A DNA stretch of 64,000 bases, taken from an uncultured Ectothiorhodospiraceae bacterium (GTDB lineage Bacteria; Pseudomonadota; Gammaproteobacteria; GCA-002705445; GCA-002716945). This document shows positions 55,896 to 64,000 of the stretch, piece after piece. The stretch lies in NCBI GenBank assembly GCA_964342155.1, contig CAYFEQ010000003.1, forward strand, positions 27,734 through 91,733, written 5' to 3'. Each line of letters begins with the position of its first letter. The first letter of the stretch is position 1. Both the position numbers and the translations under genes were made by a program. Under the pieces are notes generated by a model, which saw only the letters and a program-made list of their open reading frames with translations, was not told where the DNA came from and ran no database searches.

Positions 55896-57149
55896 TTAAT
55901 GACTCGACCATTTAACTTTCTTTAAATCAATGCCATCTTTATGCATTTCCCATAATGGCGATAAATCTCTTAACCTGCTTACGTTGTCTTTAATAATTTT
56001 TAGGACATGCTCAATATCTATTTCTGTTGTATATTTCCCTATTGTCATTCTTATCGAACTATGAGCTAACTCATCATCTCTTCCTAGAGCTCTTAAAACA
56101 TAACTTGGTTCAAGGCTTGCAGATGTGCAAGCTGATCCAGAAGAAACAGCAACGTCCTTCATTGCCATTATCAAACTTTCTCCTTCTATGAAATTAAAAC
56201 TCACATTTAGATTACCCGGTATCCTTTGATCTAAATCACCATTAAGGTAAATCTCTTCCATATCTTTTAGTCCATTCCAAAGTTTATCTCTTAGTTTTAG
56301 AATTCTTTTATTGTCTTCTAACATTTCTTCTTCAGCAATTCTAAAAGCCTCTCCCATTCCTACAATCTGATGCGTTGGAAGAGTTCCAGATCTAAAACCT
56401 CTCTCATGACCACCGCCATGCATTTGAGCTTCTAATCTTACTCTTGGCTTTCTACGTACATAAAGCGCACCTATTCCCTTTGGCCCATAAACCTTATGTG
56501 CAGAAAGAGATAATAAATCAATATTATATTTATCAACATCTACTTTTACTTTGCCTGGACTTTGAGCAGCATCCACATGCAATATAATATTTTTTTCTCT
56601 AGTGATTTTTCCTATACTTTCCAAATCTTGAATAACTCCAATCTCATTATTTACATGCATTATAGAAATTAATATAGTTGAAGGAGTAATTGCTTCTACT
56701 AGTTTTTTCTGGTTTAAAAGTCCATTAGGTTCTGGATCAAGATAAGTTACTTCAAATCCTTCATTTTCAAGCGACCTCATTGTATCAAGAACAGCTTTAT
56801 GTTCAGTAGACAGTGTTATAAGGTGATTCCCTCTATCTTTATAAAAGTGTGCTGCACCTTTTATTGCTAAATTATCTGATTCAGTAGCTCCACTAGTCCA
56901 AATTATTTCCCTATGATCTGCATTGATTAAAGAAGCAACATTTTTTCTAGCTTCTTCGACAAGTTTTTCGCTTTCCCACCCAAATGTATGTGAACGAGAC
57001 GCTGGGTTGCCAAACGCTCCTTCGATAGTCAGACACTCAGACATCATCTTCGCAACTCTAGGGTCTACAGGAGTAGTTGCTGAATAATCAAGATAGATTG
57101 GTATATTTAAAATATTCTTTTTATCATGTAAGTTTGTTGCCATATCCAT
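55896..57149 (-). CDS. iscS: Cysteine desulfurase IscS (exact start uncertain)
   Basis: [39 protein letters not shown]. Confidence 0.97.
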   Translation of the reverse strand: MDMATNLHDKKNILNIPIYLDYSATTPVDPRVAKMMSECLTIEGAFGNPASRSHTFGWESEKLVEEARKNVASLINADHREIIWTSGATESDNLAIKGAAHFYKDRGNHLITLSTEHKAVLDTMRSLENEGFEVTYLDPEPNGLLNQKKLVEAITPSTILISIMHVNNEIGVIQDLESIGKITREKNIILHVDAAQSPGKVKVDVDKYNIDLLSLSAHKVYGPKGIGALYVRRKPRVRLEAQMHGGGHERGFRSGTLPTHQIVGMGEAFRIAEEEMLEDNKRILKLRDKLWNGLKDMEEIYLNGDLDQRIPGNLNVSFNFIEGESLIMAMKDVAVSSGSACTSASLEPSYVLRALGRDDELAHSSIRMTIGKYTTEIDIEHVLKIIKDNVSRLRDLSPLWEMHKDGIDLKKVKWSSH

Positions 57150-57582
57150 GCTCCCTTCTTTTATCTACAATATTTTGGATATCATATCTTACAATTACAT
57201 CGCTGAGTGAGACTCCCTTCATGTAATCATGTATTTGTTTTGTTAAGTCGGTCCAAACATAATGAGTCAGGCAGGGTTTATCATTACTACAATTCATTGC
57301 GCCACCACATTGGGTTTGATCCATATTCTCATCAACAGCAGTTATAATTTCGAATAGAGTAATTTCTGATGCCTCTCTATCTAGTTTGTAGCCACCTCCT
57401 GGACCTCTAACACTTTTTACTAAAGATTTGGTCTTCAATTTAGAGAATAATTGTTCCAAATATGATAATGAAATATCTTGTCTTTTTGATATTTCACTTA
57501 GTGATATAGGGGTTTTTTTCTGGAAAAGTGCAATGTCAATCATAGCCACTATTGCATATCTTCCTTTAGTTGTAAGCTTCAT
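57124..57582 (-). CDS. iscR: Fe-S cluster assembly regulator IscR
   Basis: [25 protein letters not shown]; C-x5-C-x5-C-x2-H ligands ([17 protein letters not shown]). Confidence 0.96.
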   Translation of the reverse strand: MKLTTKGRYAIVAMIDIALFQKKTPISLSEISKRQDISLSYLEQLFSKLKTKSLVKSVRGPGGGYKLDREASEITLFEIITAVDENMDQTQCGGAMNCSNDKPCLTHYVWTDLTKQIHDYMKGVSLSDVIVRYDIQNIVDKRREHGYGNKLT

Positions 57583-57605
57583 AACTACCTCAGAGTAATT
57601 ATCAT

Positions 57606-57630
57606 ATACCTGAGTAATTTAATCAATTAT
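57606..57630 (-). promoter_or_regulatory. Type-1 IscR operator overlapping the isc promoter -35
   Basis: Minus strand ATAATTGATTAAATTACTCAGGTAT matches 22/25 positions of the type-1 consensus as I recall it (ATASYYGACTRWWWYAGTCRRSTAT); contains TTGATT-N17-GATAAT. Confidence 0.75.
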
Positions 57631-58340
57631 TATTTTACCTTTCTATTAATTGAAGCAATGATTCCAAGAAGAATATTAATTTCATCTTTATCTAGCGATG
57701 CCTTATTGAAAATTATATGAATTTTTTGAGTTAATGATTTAATATTTTTTTTTGTCATAAATTTAGTATTCATTAGCAAAGCAATGAGTTCTTTATAAAA
57801 AAAATTTTTTTGTTTTGTAGGAGCAAGTTTTACTTTACTCAAAAGTGGCTTTGTGTGTTTAAAAGAATATTTGAACAATTCATAAGAGAATATTTGAACA
57901 GCAGCAGCTAAATTTAATGATTGATAATCTTTGTATGTCGGTAACTTTACTAGATAATTACACATTAACAAGTCTTTATTCGATAAGCCAGATTGTTCAT
58001 TACCAAATAGTATAGATATCTTTTTTTTTGGATGCGCATAAAGAAGCTTTATGCATTGATCAATAGTAAGTTTTGGTACATTTGCTTTTCTTTCACGAGA
58101 GCTAAAGCCAATGTTGATTTCTGATTTTTCTAAAGCATCTGTCAGATTGTCGAATATTTTTGCTCTTTTAATTACATCTTTACATCCAACAGCTAAAGCA
58201 TATGAGTCATTCGTTGGCAACTTCTTTGGTTTTACTAAAGAGAGACTCTTCAATCCCATAACCTTCATCGCTCTTGCTGTAGCGCCAATATTTCCGGGAT
58301 GAGAAGTTTCTAGTAATAATATCTCTATATTCTTCAACAT
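57630..58340 (-). CDS. trmJ: tRNA (C32/U32-2'-O)-methyltransferase, TrmJ family
   Basis: HPGNIGATARAMK.MG, FGNEQSGL, SLNLAAAV; upstream of iscR. Confidence 0.9.
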   Translation of the reverse strand: MLKNIEILLLETSHPGNIGATARAMKVMGLKSLSLVKPKKLPTNDSYALAVGCKDVIKRAKIFDNLTDALEKSEINIGFSSRERKANVPKLTIDQCIKLLYAHPKKKISILFGNEQSGLSNKDLLMCNYLVKLPTYKDYQSLNLAAAVQIFSYELFKYSFKHTKPLLSKVKLAPTKQKNFFYKELIALLMNTKFMTKKNIKSLTQKIHIIFNKASLDKDEINILLGIIASINRKVK

Positions 58341-58365
58341 TAATTATCTAATAATTAAAAATAGT

Positions 58366-59259
58366 TTATTGTTGTTCAGTACCTATGCCTAAAAAATATA
58401 AGCTTGTGCTAGCAATAAATATTGATGAATATGTTCCAACAAGAACACCAACAATCATTGCAGTAGCAAAAAATTTCACTGCTATTCCACCGGCCAACAA
58501 TAGTGAAAACAAGACAAATAGAGTTGTTAGGGAAGTAATGATTGTACGAGATAAGGTTTGGTTAACAGAGATATTTAATATATCTATAAATTCATTTTTC
58601 CTAATCAATCTCATATTTTCGCGAATCCTATCATACACAACTATGGTGTCATTGAGTGAATAACCAATCACAGCTAAAATTGCTGATAAGACACTTAAAT
58701 CAAATTGCAGCTGAGTGATAGAAAAAAAACCTAGTGTCAAAATTACATCATGCAGCAGAGCAAAAATTGCCCCTATCCCATAGAGAAATTCAAATCTAAA
58801 TCCAATATATATAAGGATACTTAATAAGGCTACCAACATGGCCCATTCACCCTTTTCTCTTAATTCTGATCCAACTTGTGCTCCTACATATTCTAGGCGT
58901 AAAATTTTAAACTGATTATCTGTAGTAAGAGAGTTGATAAGGAAATCATTGATTGAAACTTGATCAATTTTCGGACTGTCCTTGAGTTTAATAATAACTT
59001 CTTTATTTGTCCCATAGTACTGGACCACAGAATCATTAATTCCATTATTTTTTAAATTAGCTTTTAATTCTGAGATATTTACATCCTTTTGATATTGAAG
59101 TTGGGCAATATATCCATTGGAAAAATCAATTCCCCAATTTAAACCATTTAAAGCAAAACTTATTATGCTGAGAATAATCAACAAACTAGAAAAAAATATA
59201 GCTCCTTTTCTATAACCTAGAAAATTAAATTTGCTGTCTTTTTTGATAATTGAAAACAT
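58366..59259 (-). CDS. secF: Protein translocase subunit SecF
   Basis: GIDF, VGAQVGSEL, HDV, GYSLNDTIVVYDRIREN. Confidence 0.96.
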   Translation of the reverse strand: MFSIIKKDSKFNFLGYRKGAIFFSSLLIILSIISFALNGLNWGIDFSNGYIAQLQYQKDVNISELKANLKNNGINDSVVQYYGTNKEVIIKLKDSPKIDQVSINDFLINSLTTDNQFKILRLEYVGAQVGSELREKGEWAMLVALLSILIYIGFRFEFLYGIGAIFALLHDVILTLGFFSITQLQFDLSVLSAILAVIGYSLNDTIVVYDRIRENMRLIRKNEFIDILNISVNQTLSRTIITSLTTLFVLFSLLLAGGIAVKFFATAMIVGVLVGTYSSIFIASTSLYFLGIGTEQQ

Positions 59260-61064
59260 TAGATTGATATTTTTTCCGTATTCCTATTTTCATAAATTAA
59301 ACTAATAACTGCTCTTGTGCCAATTATTGATGTAAACATTGATGACAGAATCCCAATCACTAAAGTTATAGCAAAACCTTTTACAGCCCCTGTCCCAATC
59401 GTTAACAGAGCAATGGCAGCTATTAATGTGGTTAAATTAGCATCTGCAATAGTTGAAAAAGCTTTTTTGTAACCAGAGAATATACTTGAGTTAGGTGGAT
59501 TGCCGTTCCGTAGTTCTTCTCTTATTCTTTCAAATATTAAAACATTAGAATCAACTGCCATTCCAACTGTTAAAACTATGCCAGCTATCCCAGATAAAGT
59601 TAATGTAGCCTGAAATAAAGAAAGTACGGCAACAATTATCATAATGTTAGCCGCAAGGGCAACATTTGCAACTAATCCAAAAAGCCTATAATAAATAAAC
59701 ATAAATAATCCGACTAAAAATAATCCAAAATACATAGAATTTTGTCCTGCTATTATATTATATTCACCAAGACTTGGACCAACTGTTCTTTCCTCAATTA
59801 TAGTCATTGGAGCACTCAATGAACCTGATCTTAATAATATGGCTAAGTCACGCGCCTCATCTCTATCAAGGCCAGTGATTTGAAAATTTTTGCTGAAAGC
59901 TTCGCGTATGGTAGCAATATTTATCACTTCATTTTTATTTTTTTCTACAAATATTACAGCCATTTTATTTCCAACATTTTTTGATGTTGTTTCCAACATT
60001 CTTGATGCTCCATAATCTCCAAGACGAACAAATACTGATGGGGTGTTAGTTGTTCCATCAAATCCCGCATTTGCATCTCGAATATCTTTTCCAGAAACTA
60101 TTACTTTTCTACTCAGCAATGTTGGGTTTCCATTTCGATGTTTATAAAGGACGGCAGAATTAATTGTTGATTTTCCTTTAGATTGAGAGTCTATCCAGTC
60201 TTGTGTAGTGCCTCTAGTCAACCTAAATTCAAGGGTCGCAGTTGACCCTAAAATACTTTTAGCTCTGGTAGAGTCATGAAGTCCTGGCAATTGAATAATT
60301 ATTCTATCCTTTCCTTGTTGCTGTAAAATAGGCTGCGCTACTCCTAATTCATCTACCCTAGTTCTTAAGATAGATAAGTTTTTTACTAGAGCACTCTTCA
60401 TATCAAGGTCAATTGCAGATGTTGTTGGCGTTATATTGAGAGCAATAATGTCTTTAGATTTTTCTTGATTGATAATTAATTCAGGGAATTCTTGTTTTAT
60501 ACTTTCAATTATCTTAGGGATTGGAGCCTGATTATTAAATTCAATTATCAGCATTTCCTTCCCTTGGTGCATAAAATTATATCTATATTTATTTATTATA
60601 AGATGCTTTTTAACATCAAGTTCTATCTCTCTAATCATATTGGTCATAATATTTTCTTTATCAACTTGTAATAAGAAATGTACTCCACCCTTTAAATCTA
60701 ATCCTAAAAACATTGGATAAGCTCCGAGAGATTTTAACCATTCTGGAACAGATGAGAATGTACTCATTGTAATACTTATATTCTTGTTTAACTTACTCAA
60801 ACTTTCATAAGCATTAAGTTGGTCATCAATATCATTAAAGACATACTGTAGCACTCCATCAGTTTCAGTAACATTCATAAATTCAATTTTTTGCGTTTTA
60901 AAAATCTCAGTAAAACTATTTTTATCTTTCTTTTCTAAAGAACTTTCTATAGCTTTTATTTCAATGGCTGGATATGAATCATATATATTTGGAAGTGAAT
61001 AAACAAATGAAAAGCTCAAAACAAGAATAACAAGTATATATTTCCAAAGAGGGTATACTCCCAT
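59259..61064 (-). CDS. secD: Protein translocase subunit SecD
   Basis: LGLDLKGGVHF, RVDELGV, EERTVGPSLG, GMAVDSNVLIFERIREE. Confidence 0.96.
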   Translation of the reverse strand: MGVYPLWKYILVILVLSFSFVYSLPNIYDSYPAIEIKAIESSLEKKDKNSFTEIFKTQKIEFMNVTETDGVLQYVFNDIDDQLNAYESLSKLNKNISITMSTFSSVPEWLKSLGAYPMFLGLDLKGGVHFLLQVDKENIMTNMIREIELDVKKHLIINKYRYNFMHQGKEMLIIEFNNQAPIPKIIESIKQEFPELIINQEKSKDIIALNITPTTSAIDLDMKSALVKNLSILRTRVDELGVAQPILQQQGKDRIIIQLPGLHDSTRAKSILGSTATLEFRLTRGTTQDWIDSQSKGKSTINSAVLYKHRNGNPTLLSRKVIVSGKDIRDANAGFDGTTNTPSVFVRLGDYGASRMLETTSKNVGNKMAVIFVEKNKNEVINIATIREAFSKNFQITGLDRDEARDLAILLRSGSLSAPMTIIEERTVGPSLGEYNIIAGQNSMYFGLFLVGLFMFIYYRLFGLVANVALAANIMIIVAVLSLFQATLTLSGIAGIVLTVGMAVDSNVLIFERIREELRNGNPPNSSIFSGYKKAFSTIADANLTTLIAAIALLTIGTGAVKGFAITLVIGILSSMFTSIIGTRAVISLIYENRNTEKISI

Positions 61065-61065
61065 A

Positions 61066-63531
<2,466 letters not shown>

Positions 63532-63586
63532 TAATTAAAAATTATAAAATACAAAGTTTGCAATTCAAAAAGAAATTTGATATTAA

Positions 63587-63656
63587 TAATGCAGGTATAT
63601 CTCATATATAAATAGTAAACCAATCTAATTTAACAAAGTAATGCAGGAGGATATCT
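63587..63656 (+). repeat. Imperfect direct repeat TAATGCAGG(T/AGG)ATATCT, 52-nt period
   Basis: Copies at 63587-63602 and 63639-63656; the second copy contains the SD AGGAGG. Confidence 0.5.
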
Positions 63657-63657
63657 A

Positions 63658-64000
63658 ATGAGTTTGATACAAAATTTTCCCTATGACGGTATCGTCACTA
63701 TCAATCGGGTTATTTTAAAAAAGGAATATACTATTGATGATTTACAGGAAAGGGTTGCTCTAATGTGTGAAAATGTTAAAACTTATCATTCCGAGACAGG
63801 TTTCATTGGAGGAATGGTTGTCTTAAATAGTGGGCAAATATCAAACGAAGGAAGCAGTTTAGGGAAAGCTTTGGACAGCAAATACAAAAATAAAGAAGCG
63901 CTGATAATTACCTTCTGGAAATCCTATGAGGATCATGAAAATTCACACAAAAGTAAAACATTTCAGCCACTCTTCAAAAAGGTAATAGATGTTTGTGAGA
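63658..64000 (+). CDS. Sulfur oxygenase reductase-like dimeric alpha/beta-barrel protein, partial (runs off right edge; not in ORF track)
   Basis: AGGAGG SD, 7 nt, ATG; 114 open codons: MSLIQNFPYDGIVTINRVILKKEYTIDDLQERVALMCENVKTYHSETGFIGG...IITFWKSYEDHENSHKSKTFQPLFKKVIDVCE. The ORF is secure; the family call is by eye. Confidence 0.75.
   Translation, partial: MSLIQNFPYDGIVTINRVILKKEYTIDDLQERVALMCENVKTYHSETGFIGGMVVLNSGQISNEGSSLGKALDSKYKNKEALIITFWKSYEDHENSHKSKTFQPLFKKVIDVCE

Overview
Very AT-rich, gene-dense segment of core chromosome from a small-genome (streamlined) gammaproteobacterium, probably marine; the taxonomy is inferred from gene order and protein style, not proven. Most genes are on the minus strand and are housekeeping: aceA (partial), mnmA-hflD, acnA, fumC, purB; a thrS-infC-rpmI-rplT-pheST-ihfA-merR-nuclease-prfB-lysS superoperon; uvrB, galU, dnaB, rpsF-rpsR-rplI, purA-hisZ, hflKC-hfq-miaA-tsaE-nnr, rne, mltF, dapD, ligA-smc, queF, der-bamB-yfgM-hisS-ndk, the isc operon, trmJ, secDF-yajC-tgt-queA; plus tRNA-Val(GAC) and tRNA-Asn(GTT). 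No CRISPR array, transposase, integrase or prophage was seen. The ORF track misses three genes (aceA fragment, an ATA-initiated DUF2065/YjeT gene, and a partial gene at the right edge) and the frameshifted 5' part of prfB. Best leads: (1) an SMC with intact heads but apparently no hinge domain; (2) the right-edge protein, which carries the Cys and H-x3-H motifs of sulfur oxygenase reductase; (3) a three-gene MotA/ExbB-type ion-channel cassette with an atypical partner, inserted between fumC and acnA; (4) an ISC operon with iscU cleanly absent, plus a possible degenerate CyaY; (5) a prfB frameshift at GUU-UGA-C instead of CUU-UGA-C. All family calls come from motif recognition by eye; no database searches were run.
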